DNA of 64,000 nucleotides, taken from the NCBI GenBank assembly GCA_038861545.1, contig JAWCCZ010000001.1, forward strand, positions 96,001 to 160,000, read 5' to 3'. The notes below the pieces were generated by a model. It did not search any database, had not been told where the DNA came from, and saw nothing but the letters and a program-made list of their open reading frames with translations. The DNA comes from Thermofilaceae archaeon. GTDB taxonomy: Archaea; Thermoproteota; Thermoprotei; Thermofilales; Thermofilaceae. Each line of letters starts with the position of its first letter. Position 1 is the stretch's first letter. Both the position numbers and the translations under genes were made by a program. This document shows positions 1-10,844 of the stretch, one piece after another.

Positions 1-1
1 C

Positions 2-256
2 AAGCCTATTGGCTTAGCCGTTGAAGAGAGAAGGGGAATGTACATAGGCAGTCTAAGATCTCGAGATCCCCGAGTAGATTTAAACTCGCTTATGCGAGGT
101 CTTGCACCAAAGTTCAACGGAAGCGGTGGAGGTCATCGCCAGGCAGCAGGTTTCAGAATTCCGATGGAAAACCTGGCTCCTTTTCTTTCGGCTTTGGAAC
201 AAACAATTCGCTCTGCGTTTAGCGTAAATACCTCTTTCTCTATTGAAAATATATGA
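2..256 (+). CDS. DHH-family phosphoesterase, C-terminal DHHA1 domain (5'-truncated by window edge)
   Basis: Frame open from position 2; SLRSR...GGGGHRQAAG DHHA1 signature. Confidence 0.8.
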   Translation, partial: KPIGLAVEERRGMYIGSLRSRDPRVDLNSLMRGLAPKFNGSGGGHRQAAGFRIPMENLAPFLSALEQTIRSAFSVNTSFSIENI

Positions 257-1557
257 TTAAAACAGGCTCAAGCTGTAGAGTTATTACACCTCCTCTAGGC
301 ATACCTATGGGAGGTTATGCTAGCAGGCCAGGCCCTGCAATGGGAGTACATGATGATCTACACGCAAGGGCTTTGGTGATAAAGAATGGGGGTGACCTGT
401 GCGCTATACTTTCTCTCGAACTACTTTATGTCACACAGGATGTTGTTAAGGAAGTCAGAGAAATAGCCGAGGAAAAAGTGGGGATTCCAGCAGATGCCGT
501 TATGGTAGCGGCAGTGCACACCCATTCGGGGCCATCAATTATGGGTCTTCACACAGAAGGAAGAGAGGATCTCCTTGAAAAGTACATGGCTTCTCTCTCA
601 GACATTGTTTCTAATACTCTTATCGATGCTGCTCAAGGCTTGGTGGAAGTTAACTTAAGGTTCGGTGAGGGGGGAATTGATGGTTGGACGATTAACAGGA
701 GAAAACCATATTCAGGCCCTCTCGATAATAAAGTTGCAGCGTTATGCTTTGAACAAGGGGGATCGGCTGTTGCAACCATAGTCAATTTTACATGTCACGC
801 TGTTGTACTGGGTCACAGTAATTTACTGATAAGCGCCGATTATCCGGGTTATGTTTCGCAAACCGTTGAGAAGATCTTTGGCGGTGTATGTCTTTTCCTT
901 AACGGGGCTTGTGGTGAAGTAAACCCGTTGACACCGGGTACCATGATCGAGAAGGTTTACGATCGCAGCATGGGTACCTTCAGGGATGCGGAAGAGATGG
1001 GTATATCGATAGCATGCAAGGCTATTGAGGCTTTGCTTAGATCAAGCCGCGTGGAGGATGCAGTGATTAAAGTAGGAAGAGAAGCCGTGCAGCTTGAAGT
1101 GCTCAGTGTACCGGAGGTCCAAGCGAGCGACTTGGATGATGTTAAAGAAGAGCTAGCTAGAGCTGAAAAGGCAGGTGATAAAGCCAGGGTTGAGCAGTTG
1201 AAGCTTAAAGCTGCTTTGACGAGATGGATGTTGAATGTGCAAATAAAGCTAAGAGAAAGGGTGCGTAACGGTTATCTATCTACAGAGGTCCAAGCAATAA
1301 GAGTGGGTGATTTCGTAATAGTGGGTCTTCCTGGAGAACCGTTTGTCGAAATCGGGCTAGCTGTAAAACAGTTTTCACCGGCCGCGCTGACAATGATCGT
1401 TGGCTATGCAAACGACGCAATCGGGTACGTGCCCATGGATGAGGCCTTCGATGAAGGGGGGTACGAGGTAATGCCACCCGCTTGTATCTTAGGCAAAGGA
1501 GCTGCTCAAGCATTAGCTGAAGCTGCCTGGCGGTTACTGCTAAGATTATACGAGTAA
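253..1557 (+). CDS. Neutral/alkaline ceramidase-family amidohydrolase
   Basis: GVHDDLHARAL, HTHSGP, NFTCHA, SADYPG, GLPGEPF and GYANDAIGY motifs; ATGA-type overlap with upstream gene. Confidence 0.8.
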   Translation: MIKTGSSCRVITPPLGIPMGGYASRPGPAMGVHDDLHARALVIKNGGDLCAILSLELLYVTQDVVKEVREIAEEKVGIPADAVMVAAVHTHSGPSIMGLHTEGREDLLEKYMASLSDIVSNTLIDAAQGLVEVNLRFGEGGIDGWTINRRKPYSGPLDNKVAALCFEQGGSAVATIVNFTCHAVVLGHSNLLISADYPGYVSQTVEKIFGGVCLFLNGACGEVNPLTPGTMIEKVYDRSMGTFRDAEEMGISIACKAIEALLRSSRVEDAVIKVGREAVQLEVLSVPEVQASDLDDVKEELARAEKAGDKARVEQLKLKAALTRWMLNVQIKLRERVRNGYLSTEVQAIRVGDFVIVGLPGEPFVEIGLAVKQFSPAALTMIVGYANDAIGYVPMDEAFDEGGYEVMPPACILGKGAAQALAEAAWRLLLRLYE

Positions 1558-1944
1558 AGGTACTACAGTTTACGTGATTCATCGACAGCGTTGTTTATAT
1601 GAATTCATCAATGGTTAGCTGCGGATTTAATAGATATCGGGACCCCCTCTAACCCGTATGAAGGAATGCTACCCAATCACTTTACCAAAGTCGCTGGAGA
1701 AGCTAAAAGGCATCCAGAGTTTAATGCAGAAACTCGAGCAGGCTGAGATAGCTTCCAGATACCTCGCTAAACTGCCTTGACGCTGACTTATAGTCCGTCG
1801 TAGAGAGGGTGAAGCACGTGCCTGCGACAGCAAACTACTTGATGGAGAGCTTAGAGGCGCAATGGATGTGCATGCGACTGTAATAGTAAGTCAGAGAGCT
1901 ATGTTCGTAGGTTAGTCATCTGGAATCCGTTTCTCCGAGTTCTT

Positions 1945-2793
1945 TCACGAGCCTTTGTATACCTTTTCCTTCATCTTGACTTCAACTATCGCGTCGATGG
2001 AAGAGTCCTGGGGAAAGATGAGAAGCATTTCGATGAAGTCTCGAAGTTCCAGGTAGTCGCCATGCTCGCCGAAGCGGTATGAACGACTGGGCTCAGATGA
2101 TATGTGAACCTCTGGGAGTACCCTATGCCACGTCGATAGGAGGCTGTCCACGCTGAACCTTGAAGGGTTTAACTTGTGATGATAGTGGTCATACACAGCC
2201 AGTATTCCGAAAGATTCGGAAACTTCGATTACCTCCGAGACAGTATAGTGCTTCTCATCGTTCTCGAGTGCCATTCTCTTAAGCAACCAGTTGTTTTCCT
2301 CCAATGTCTCGCATAGTCGTTTTAAGGCGCCTCTTTTGTCCCTGTAGGCTCCTCCAATATGCATGACGACTATGCTCTCTCGATCCAAACTGAGTGAGTC
2401 CAGTACTCGGAAGTGGTAACGGAGCCCCGCTAGAGACTTAGCTATCACTTCCTCCTTGGGCTGTTAAGGACGACTAGCTGGGCTGGGGTGTATAGAGATT
2501 CTTACACTATAGCTCTTTACCAGCGAGGAGTTGCTCGCAAGCACCTTCTCGATCTTCTCGAGTCAGGAGTGCTGAGAACTGGAGTGGGATGCGAGCGGGA
2601 TGAAGTCTGAACCCAGCCTGAAGATTGATAAACCCATAACTTTCGACAACTCTAGAAGCCTGGTGAAATCAGCTAGGTTCCGCTGAAAGACCTTGGATAA
2701 GTTTTCTCATTCAAGCTTGTTTAATCTAAGCTTATGGTTCGTGGACAGCCTGTTGTCGCTCGTGGAGCAGAAGATGCCTAACCCTACCCGCAA
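1945..2793 (-). pseudogene. uvdE: UV damage endonuclease UvdE/UvsE pseudogene
   Basis: Hand translation from TTG 2793: LRVGLGIFCST...FRLGSDFIPLASH...RISIHP/QLVVLNSP joins the 167-aa ORF (HIGGAY, ALENDE, YDHYHH, HISS, HGDY, EVKMKEK). In-frame TGA at 2707-2709 and 2563-2565; frameshift near 2482. Confidence 0.85.
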
Positions 2794-2873
2794 GACGGTT
2801 ACACCATGGCAGCATCCGCAACCGCATTTTTCACGACCTTTTATATGTCTTATAACGTTCTGGTAGATAGGCT

Positions 2874-3813
2874 GTGATGAGGTACTCCAAGCCTAAGCTG
2901 GTCTTGAGTGCATGTCTCGGAGTTCGGGCGGTGAGGTACGATAGGAAGATGATTATGGATGAACATGTTGAAAAGTTGAAAAGGTTTGTGGATTTTATAC
3001 CTGTTTGTCCTGAGGTTGAGATAGGGTTGAGTGTCCCCCGCAATTCTCTAATGTTATACAGGGAGGATTCAGCTTATCGATACGATGAGTGGTATTGATT
3101 ATTCACAGCGAATGCTTGATTTCGCGGACCACTTTCTCCGGTCGCTAGGCGAAGTTGATAGTTTCCCCCTTAAGTCAGCTAGCCCTTCTTGTGGGGTTAG
3201 GGACGTAAAGATCTACTGTAAAGGCCGGAGGGTGACTGGTAGAGGAGACGGCTTGTTCGCTAAGGTTGTTTGGGAGAGCGTGACGTCGATTCCAGTTGAG
3301 AGCGAGAAGAGGCTCCTTAATCAGGATATTGGGAGAAACTTCTACACATTAATCTTCACGATCGCCTACGTGAGAGAATCGCTCGACCAGTCTGCAACGC
3401 GTGAGGACATCATTGATCTGCACAGGAGCTTGAAGTATCTGCTCCTGCTCTATAGCTATGCGTACCAAAAGAAGCTGGGCAGGCTGTTGGCTGAAAGAGG
3501 TTGGCATGATCTAGAGGAGCTCGAGAGGGAGTACAGATCGCAAATGATACATGCTTTATCTCACCCGGTCAAGCAAAGCTAATATGTGAACACGTTCTTT
3601 CACCTTTATGGGCACCCGAAGCACAAGTTCAACGAGGATGAAAGGCGGTAAATACTCAAACTCTTAAACAAGTTAGTTGAAGGAAAGGAGGAGTTGCAGC
3701 CTATTCTCATTTACTTTAAAGGGTTTTTGCACAGGTTCGGCAACAAGTACCTTGCTGAGCAAAGTTTTCTGCAACCTTACCCGAAGGAATTGGATGCGCC
3801 TAATGGTATTTAA
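2874..3813 (+). pseudogene. ybgA: YbgA-family (DUF523 + DUF1722) pseudogene
   Basis: SACLG..VRYD, PVCPEVEIGL.VPR, KSASPSCG; reads on to YLAEQSFLQPYPKEL. Frameshift near 3062; in-frame TAA at 3580-3582 and 3649-3651. Confidence 0.85.
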
Positions 3814-3849
3814 GCGCGGTGCTCAGAAGAGTTGTACATCAGTACGCTC

Positions 3850-5172
3850 TTACCTCTCTCGCCTTTGTAATCTTTTCATTACAAGTTCCTTATATCTTCT
3901 AACCTGCTCGTAGTGGTCTATTATCGGCTCGTAGTAGTCCCCTATTCTACGCTTGAGGGGATTGTGCAAGCTTTCGCAGTCATAGTCTCTCAGCTCCGGT
4001 ATGTACCTCTTAATGTAAAAGCAGTTGGGGTCGTACTTCTTCGACTGTTGAATCGGGTTAAAGATTCTAAGAGGTAACGGGTCAACGCCAACAGATGCCG
4101 CCCATTGCCAATTGCCAACGTTCAACACTTCATCGTAGTCCACGAGATGCTTTCCGAAAAACTCTTCCCCGGTCCTCCAGTCCAAGTGTAAGTCTTTCAC
4201 AAGGAAACTGGCTACGATAAGCCTCACCCTGTTGTGGACCCATCCTTCCTTCTTCAGCTGTCTAATTCCTGCATCGACGATCGGGTAGCCTGTCTTACCC
4301 TCGGTGAAACTCTTCAGCAGCTCTTCATCGTAGCTCCACTCGAAATCCCGCAGCTGCGGCTTCAGCTCAAGCTTATTCATCCATGGGTACTTCGCCCAGA
4401 GCGAGTAGTAGTACTCTCTCCAAGCTAGCTGCCTCACGTACTCTCTCGACTGCCTCTTAACCGCTCTGTAAACCTCTCTGACCGAGAGTATACCGAGGCT
4501 CAAGAACGGTGAAAGCTTCGAAGTGCCATCCTCGCACGGGTAGTCCTTGAGGCGGCTGTACCTGGAGAAGTCGAAGGAGCGGAGCCTTTCACGGCCCCAC
4601 GAAGCTCTGAGAAAGTCTTCCCCTAGCATCCCGGCGCCCTGCTTTCGAGCGAACTCTTCAACGTCAGGCTCATCTAACCCGATGAACTTGTCCGCGGGGA
4701 CCTCGGGAGCGATCTTTGTGTCAATTTTCTCGAGCCACTTCCTGTAAAAGCTTGTGAAGTTCGGCCCGGGATCCAGCTGAAAGGGGTTAGATAGAACGTT
4801 GTCTAAAACTTCCCGGTAAGTGACGCCACGCTTCAAGCAAATTTCTCGAACTTGCTTAGCGAGCTCTTGCTCGCTCCACGAGAGAGGTGAAGCTGTGTAT
4901 AGAAAGTCAAACCCGTGCTTGCTGAGCAGCTCATCCATGACATCGCGCGTCTTTCCCATAAACACGTGAACTCGGATCCTTCTGTTCAACTCCCTTAACG
5001 CGTCGAATACGAGAGAGAAAATGCGGTGACTTAAATCGATCCCGCGCTGCCGAAGCATACCTGGATCCACTATATAGATTGCAGCTATCTCGTCTGATCG
5101 GCTGTAAGCTTCGGCCAAAATTCTGTTGTCGGAAAGCCTTAAGTCGCGTCTAAGCCAGTACAAGGCTCTCAT
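3850..5172 (-). CDS. phrB: Class I CPD DNA photolyase
   Basis: WLRRDLRLSDN, TSKLSPFL, GKTGYPIVDAG, GWVHNRVR, NVGNWQWAAS; Trp-triad positions present. Confidence 0.95.
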   Translation of the reverse strand: MRALYWLRRDLRLSDNRILAEAYSRSDEIAAIYIVDPGMLRQRGIDLSHRIFSLVFDALRELNRRIRVHVFMGKTRDVMDELLSKHGFDFLYTASPLSWSEQELAKQVREICLKRGVTYREVLDNVLSNPFQLDPGPNFTSFYRKWLEKIDTKIAPEVPADKFIGLDEPDVEEFARKQGAGMLGEDFLRASWGRERLRSFDFSRYSRLKDYPCEDGTSKLSPFLSLGILSVREVYRAVKRQSREYVRQLAWREYYYSLWAKYPWMNKLELKPQLRDFEWSYDEELLKSFTEGKTGYPIVDAGIRQLKKEGWVHNRVRLIVASFLVKDLHLDWRTGEEFFGKHLVDYDEVLNVGNWQWAASVGVDPLPLRIFNPIQQSKKYDPNCFYIKRYIPELRDYDCESLHNPLKRRIGDYYEPIIDHYEQVRRYKELVMKRLQRRER

Positions 5173-5348
5173 AGCGGGTAGTCTAATAGATTCAAGATGT
5201 GATTAAACCTTATGCTCTGAGAATGCTGCGTTATCGCTGCAGCGTTCTTGCTTGCGCGTCTATGTTGCGCTCGAGGTGTCAGGCTGCGAGCGAAAGACAT
5301 GATTTAATAGCTCAGAAGCCTAGCGGGGGTTGGAGCGAGGTGGAGAGC

Positions 5349-6896
5349 ATGACGCGCTACGATACTATATTGGTCTTAGATTTCGGGAGCCAGTACTCCC
5401 ACCTTATAACGAAGCGGGTGAGAGAGCAGGGAGTATACTCAGAGATTCTTCCTCACGATACTAAAGCAGAGGAGATAGAGCTTCTAAAAACGAGGCTTAA
5501 CGTTAGGGGAGTGATGCTGTCCGGGGGGCCTGCCAGCGTGTTAGATAGGAGTGCTCCAATGCTTGACACCAGGATACTGGACCTGGGACTGCCCGTCCTA
5601 GGTATCTGTTACGGCCACCAGCTGCTAGCCCGTATTGCTGGTGGAAAGGTCGGGCTTGCTGAGAAGAAGGAGTACGGCGCAACGTACGTCACAATCGACA
5701 AGCCTGTGGGGGTATTAAAGGGGTTAGATAGGAGGGAGATAGTCTGGATGAGCCACGGCGACGTTGTATTCGCGGTCCCTGACGGCTACGAGGTCCTAGC
5801 GCACTCCGAAAACTCTCCTATTGCTGCTTTCAGGCACAGGGAGAAGCCGATCTATGGCTTGCAGTGGCATCCTGAGGTGAGCCACACGGAGAAAGGTGTC
5901 CAAATGCTTCGTAACTTCTTATTCGAGGTGTGCCGGTGTAAAGCTAACTGGAGAATGGAGAACGTTATAGACCAAGTAGTAGAGGAGATAAAGGCAGAAG
6001 TTGGTGAGGGTAAGGCAGTTATTGCTCTAAGCGGGGGTACCGACTCCAGTGTGGCTGCAGTTTTAGCGGCGAGAGCTATAGGGGAAAGGTTTACCGCAGT
6101 TTTTGTCGATACTGGGCTTATGCGTGAAGGCGAGCCTGAGGCTGTGAAGGAATTTTTCCAAACGCTGGGGATAAACCTCGTAGTAGTAAATGCTCAGGAC
6201 CGTTTCCTCAAGAGGCTCGAGGGTATAGTCGACCCCGAGATGAAGAGGAAGGTTATAGGTGAGGAATTCATCAGAGTATTCGAGGAGATAGCTGAGAAGA
6301 TCGGAGCGGAGTGCTTGATCCAGGGTACAATCTACCCGGACAGGATCGAATCCGGCTTTAGGAAGCTTTCGGATAGGATAAAAACCCATCATAACGTAGC
6401 AGGGCTTCCCGAGCTTATCAAGTTCAAGAAGATAGTTGAGCCCCTACGGGACTTGTACAAGGATGAGGTTAGGAAAATTGCTGAAATCCTCGGTTTACCC
6501 AGAGAGCTGATCCTCAGGCAGCCTTTCCCCGGCCCAGGTCTTGCTGTGAGAGTTATAGGCGAAGTGACTAAGGAGAAGGTTGAGATAGTTAGAAAAGCTG
6601 ACAAGATCGTAAGGGAGGAGATTGAGAGAAGCGGGCTAGGGGGGCGCTTGTGGCAGTACTTCGCTGTATTGACTAACACGAAGAGTACTGGCGTTAAGGG
6701 TGACGCGAGAGCCTACGGTTATGTTATAGCAGTGAGAATTGTTGAGAGCCGTGAAGCCATGACCGCGAGCTTCGCGAGAATCCCTTATGAAGTGCTCGAG
6801 AGAATCTCCACGAGAATAACTAACGAAATACCCGAGGTCACAAGGGTAGTTTACGATGTAACTCACAAACCGCCGGCAACAATCGAGTGGGAGTGA
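5349..6896 (+). CDS. guaA: GMP synthase (glutamine-hydrolysing), fused GATase and ATP-PPase
   Basis: [50 protein letters not shown]; start moved to ATG 5349 after GAGGTGG. Confidence 0.97.
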   Translation: MTRYDTILVLDFGSQYSHLITKRVREQGVYSEILPHDTKAEEIELLKTRLNVRGVMLSGGPASVLDRSAPMLDTRILDLGLPVLGICYGHQLLARIAGGKVGLAEKKEYGATYVTIDKPVGVLKGLDRREIVWMSHGDVVFAVPDGYEVLAHSENSPIAAFRHREKPIYGLQWHPEVSHTEKGVQMLRNFLFEVCRCKANWRMENVIDQVVEEIKAEVGEGKAVIALSGGTDSSVAAVLAARAIGERFTAVFVDTGLMREGEPEAVKEFFQTLGINLVVVNAQDRFLKRLEGIVDPEMKRKVIGEEFIRVFEEIAEKIGAECLIQGTIYPDRIESGFRKLSDRIKTHHNVAGLPELIKFKKIVEPLRDLYKDEVRKIAEILGLPRELILRQPFPGPGLAVRVIGEVTKEKVEIVRKADKIVREEIERSGLGGRLWQYFAVLTNTKSTGVKGDARAYGYVIAVRIVESREAMTASFARIPYEVLERISTRITNEIPEVTRVVYDVTHKPPATIEWE

Positions 6897-7002
6897 GCAA
6901 CTCGCTCGACTTTCAGTTTCCTGATGAAGCTGAGAGTATATTTGGGTTCACAAAAACCGTTTATTGAGTAACTAAACAGTTATTGGAACTTCGTCCTGAA
7001 GG

Positions 7003-8388
7003 TTAACTAACGGTCTTTAACCACGGGTAAAGTGAGTAGAGTTTTTCCAGACTTTTCATTACGGCTTCAGATGGATACTCACACGGTTGAAGTTTACCGC
7101 TTAAGAATTCATCGTATGCTTTCAGATCGAGAAGACCGTGCCCGCTGAAGTTGAACAGGATCACCCTTTTTTCGCCGATCCTTTTTGCCTCCAGCGCGAG
7201 ATCTACAACAGCCTTGATCGCATGCGCTGTTTCAGGAGCTGGTATGAACCCCTCAGTGCGAGTGAAGAGCTGAGCGGCATTAAAAACCTCAAGCTGGTTA
7301 TATGCAACCGACTTGAACCTGTTGTGTTTAACGAGCAGGCACAGCGTTGGGGCAGCGCCATGGTATCTTAACCCGCCGGCATGAATAGGTGGTGGGATGA
7401 AGTCATGTCCTAGTGTATGCATCTTGAGCAGTGGTGTTAATCGAGCTGTGTCGCCGTGATCGTAAGTGTAAACGCCTTTCGTCATTGAAGGACACGCTGT
7501 GGGTTCAACCGCCACAAACTGGGTGTCTATTGGAGCTTTACCAGCCATTTTCATGTAGTAGAAGGGATAAGAAACGCCTGCAAAATTACTTCCTCCACCT
7601 ACGCAACCAATAACATAATCTGGAAATCTGTCGAGTCTTTCCAGCTGTTTCATTGCCTCAAACCCCACAATTGTTTGATGAAGTAGTACGTGGTTTAACA
7701 CGCTTCCAAGGCTGTACTTAGCATCATCATGCGTTGCAGCATCTTCTACTGCTTCACTGATCGCAACTCCTAGGCTACCAGGGTGATCTGGGTTTTGTTC
7801 AAGCACGCTGCGACCTGAGTTTGTTCTCGTACTCGGGCTCGGGATAACCTCAGCTCCCCATAACTGCATTAGAACCCGTCGATAGGGTTTCTGCTCGTAG
7901 CTAACGCGAACCATATAAATTGTGCATTTTAACCCGAAAAGGTTTGTCGCGAAGGCCAAAGCAGAACCCCATTGTCCTGCGCCAGTCTCGGTTGTAAGGC
8001 GTTCCACCCCCTCTTTCATATTATAGTAGGCTTGAGCAACTGCCGTGTTCGGTTTATGCGAGCCGGGTGGGCTCATTCCCTCGTATTTATAATAAATTTC
8101 GGCGGGAGTTTTCAGAGCTCTTTCGAGTCTATATGCCCTAAATAACGGCGTTGGTCTCCACAGCCTGTAGACTTCCAGCACGTCGTCTGGAATAGGTATA
8201 AACCGTTCTGAGGACATTTCCTGGCGGATTAACTCCTTGGGGAAGATTGCCTCGAGATCGCTAGGTGACATAGGGTCACCTGTAGGCTTTAGAGGGGGAG
8301 GTAAGGGCTCGGGTAGGTCAGGAAGGATATTGTACCAGTAACGCGGGAGTTCATTTTCATCTATTAGGATTTTATACCCTGGCATCAT
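7003..8388 (-). CDS. trpB2: Tryptophan synthase beta chain, TrpB2 type
   Basis: [11 protein letters not shown] lysine, [33 protein letters not shown]. Confidence 0.95.
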   Translation of the reverse strand: MMPGYKILIDENELPRYWYNILPDLPEPLPPPLKPTGDPMSPSDLEAIFPKELIRQEMSSERFIPIPDDVLEVYRLWRPTPLFRAYRLERALKTPAEIYYKYEGMSPPGSHKPNTAVAQAYYNMKEGVERLTTETGAGQWGSALAFATNLFGLKCTIYMVRVSYEQKPYRRVLMQLWGAEVIPSPSTRTNSGRSVLEQNPDHPGSLGVAISEAVEDAATHDDAKYSLGSVLNHVLLHQTIVGFEAMKQLERLDRFPDYVIGCVGGGSNFAGVSYPFYYMKMAGKAPIDTQFVAVEPTACPSMTKGVYTYDHGDTARLTPLLKMHTLGHDFIPPPIHAGGLRYHGAAPTLCLLVKHNRFKSVAYNQLEVFNAAQLFTRTEGFIPAPETAHAIKAVVDLALEAKRIGEKRVILFNFSGHGLLDLKAYDEFLSGKLQPCEYPSEAVMKSLEKLYSLYPWLKTVS

Positions 8389-8448
8389 ACGCTTAGGTAG
8401 GTGCCAAGGTTATCTTTTTCTGCTCTTAAACATTCATTAATCCGAAAA

Positions 8449-8504
8449 GGTACATTATTATGTAAGATAAACCTTTAAAGTTGATATTTGTATATTTTAA
8501 TACA
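8449..8504. promoter_or_regulatory. Divergent trpB2/regulator promoter with TRP-box-like inverted repeats
   Basis: TACAT-N4-ATGTA (8451-8464), TATA TTTAAAG (8474-8480), TGTAT-N6-ATACA (8489-8504). Confidence 0.5.
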
Positions 8505-9034
8505 TGAAGCTATGGGACGAAGTTGAGAAGGAATTTGATAGAAGCGAATCTAGGAGAAAAGTTGTTATAACGCTTTTAATGCATGGTTTAAGTGTAAAGG
8601 AGAAAGAACGCAGAGGCAGAAGGGTCTCGGGTATATTTCTGGGCGATATACCTGTTCCCTACAAAAGTCTCTCGCAAGTGTGCGGGGTAGACTGGAGGAC
8701 TGTAAAAGAGACGGTAGACGTAATTAGAAAGAATTTCTTCCTTAGAGAGTTTTTCGAGAAAGTGGAAAACGCGGGGCCTTTCTTCAGAGGCGTTACTAAA
8801 CTCTTAGGTTACAGGTGCATAGTTGTAGAGACTGTTAGGGATCAGCCGGGCATTATTGCCTATATCTCAAGTTTGCTTGCGGAGAAAGGTATCAATATTC
8901 TACAGGTAGTAGCAGAGCATCCCTTACTAGTGCGAAGTCCAAAGCTTTATGTGATCATCGAAGGGGAAGTTCCTGGCGATTTCGTACCGAAAGCTTTACA
9001 GCACCAAGCGATTAGAAGCGTCACTGTCTATTAG
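8504..9034 (+). CDS. ACT-domain amino-acid regulator (COG2150/TrpY-like)
   Basis: N-terminal HTH-like YKSLSQVCGVDWRTVKETV; ACT motif DQPGIIAYISSLLAEKGINILQ; divergent from trpB2. Confidence 0.8.
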   Translation: MKLWDEVEKEFDRSESRRKVVITLLMHGLSVKEKERRGRRVSGIFLGDIPVPYKSLSQVCGVDWRTVKETVDVIRKNFFLREFFEKVENAGPFFRGVTKLLGYRCIVVETVRDQPGIIAYISSLLAEKGINILQVVAEHPLLVRSPKLYVIIEGEVPGDFVPKALQHQAIRSVTVY

Positions 9035-10028
9035 ATTCGCTCCTGCTTTCATGATCATTTAACCATGAGTCAATAATAACTGCTGTCTTCCTACCGTTTT
9101 CCATTGCTCTCCATACAGTGCTAGGTCCGGTTGCCACGTCGCCGGCAGCAAATATTCCCTTAACATTTGTCGCCATATTCTTATCCACCTTAATCCTACC
9201 ATCAGCTTCTAGCTCTATACCGAGCTTCTCCAAAGTATCGGGCGGTGTAGGTACAAGGCCCGCCGCAATGAAAAGGGTATCCGCCTCTATGGTTCTTTCT
9301 GTGCCTGGAATAGGCTCAACAGGCTTGGCTCGATCCTCAGTAGCTTTCACATCAATTACTTTTAACCCCTCAACGCTATCCGATCCTACCACTTCGATGG
9401 GTAAGACGCTATCTACCACGCGAATTAGACCTTTTTCTGCGAGCTTTGCAAGAAGCGAACCTGCAGGGGCAATTTTTAACGGTCTGCGGTAAACAAGTAT
9501 TGGCGTTATTCCGAAGTTTCTATACAATAGCTCGCAAACATCCACGGCTGTAAGACCTGCACCGATAATGATAACTTTCTCCCCCGGCTCTTTAGGAATA
9601 CTTTCGTAACCTAGCTTATACAACATGTAGCTGTGAATCCATTCAAGAGCGTGTATTACTTGGGCTTTCTCTTCTCCCTTAATCTCAAGCCTTTTGCTTC
9701 TCCAAGTTCCAGTAGCTATAACTATGGCATCGTATTCTCGCTTTAAACCTATGACTTCTTGTCCAGTAACTTGATGGCCAGTATGGAAGGTAACACCTAT
9801 TTGTTCGAGTTCTTTTATACCGCTTCTAACAGCTTCCTTTGGAAAACGGAAATCGGGTATCACAAATAGTAGCATCCCACCCGGCTCGGGGAATCTATCA
9901 AAAACGTGTACTTCATGCCCTTTACACGCCAGTTCGCCGGCAGTAGCCAACCCGGCTGGACCTGCGCCGATTACAGCTACTTTAAATCCTGTTTCTGGAC
10001 TCTGGTTTTCACATTTGATGAAACGCAT
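9021..10028 (-). CDS. FAD-dependent oxidoreductase, glutamate synthase small-subunit (GltD/SudA)-like, lacking the N-terminal Fe-S domain
   Basis: KVAVIGAGPAGL, PGGML.F.IPDFRFP, IIGAGLTAVD, GIFAAGDVATGP. Confidence 0.85.
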   Translation of the reverse strand: MRFIKCENQSPETGFKVAVIGAGPAGLATAGELACKGHEVHVFDRFPEPGGMLLFVIPDFRFPKEAVRSGIKELEQIGVTFHTGHQVTGQEVIGLKREYDAIVIATGTWRSKRLEIKGEEKAQVIHALEWIHSYMLYKLGYESIPKEPGEKVIIIGAGLTAVDVCELLYRNFGITPILVYRRPLKIAPAGSLLAKLAEKGLIRVVDSVLPIEVVGSDSVEGLKVIDVKATEDRAKPVEPIPGTERTIEADTLFIAAGLVPTPPDTLEKLGIELEADGRIKVDKNMATNVKGIFAAGDVATGPSTVWRAMENGRKTAVIIDSWLNDHESRSESNRQ

Positions 10029-10069
10029 ACCCTTTTTAGGAGGTGGAACGTTTAACCCTTGTGGTTGTC

Positions 10070-10441
10070 ATGAGCTTTAGCGAGATACTTGAAGCCTACC
10101 GCTTGAAGCTTATCGAGGCTATAACCTTCCTTACAGCTTTTATCGAGTTAAAAGAAGACTCCGACCTACTAAGAGCGGCTGCGGTGCTCATTGATGCAAG
10201 CGAGCACGCATATGCTCCTCTGGCCGCTTATGGACAGGCTATACTGGCTGTCATATGCTTTGAGGCTGGGATGAGGTTACGGGAAAAAGTTAGGCAGCTC
10301 AGAGAAAGAGGATTAGAGGAGGAAGATTTAGAGTATGTTTACGACGTTAGGGCTTACCTTAAAAGGATAGCCGATTCGATAGAGAGTGGAGAATACGAAA
10401 AAAGTTACGAGTTGATGCTTAACCGCCATAAAGGTGAGTAA
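10070..10441 (+). CDS. Hypothetical helical protein
   Basis: ORF with ATG at 10070 and coding-like composition; no motif recognised. Confidence 0.6.
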   Translation: MSFSEILEAYRLKLIEAITFLTAFIELKEDSDLLRAAAVLIDASEHAYAPLAAYGQAILAVICFEAGMRLREKVRQLRERGLEEEDLEYVYDVRAYLKRIADSIESGEYEKSYELMLNRHKGE

Positions 10442-10844
10442 TAGGTGCTCCCCCTCTCTCTACTATAATTATGTAGCCCCAGCCGACAGAAGTAATGTAG
10501 GTCCTGCACAATATGTAATCTTATTTGTTCGCAGGCAAGATTCTTCTCCCTTTACCACGAAAACCTAGAAGGTAAACCTTACAACAGCCATATGCATGCT
10601 GTCTCATACCATTTATATAGAAGAACTTAACTTGATAGAGAGTCATTTTTCTTCTTAGCTGAAGGATGACCCTGAGTTTTTAAACTTATAAGTTAAACAT
10701 CTTTCTCTAGTTATTTTATCCAATTTAACGTTTATAAAAATAACTTTGCTATGTACCCCCTATGCTCTGACTCTACTGCACGTAAACTTAACCTAGGGAC
10801 ACAATATTTAAAACGGAAGCTAAGAATCCATCTTCGGTGAAGAC

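Noticed and set aside
1658-1780. 40-codon ORF with LEQAEIASRY, resembling a HEPN C-terminus
   Set aside because: Too short, and no partner nucleotidyltransferase is recognisable.
5199-5348. N-terminal extensions in the ORF track (guaA, also HD, PHP, chrB-like, carB, rpiB, dph6, kae1)
   Set aside because: Longest-ORF artefacts; homology begins at downstream starts with better promoter or SD context.
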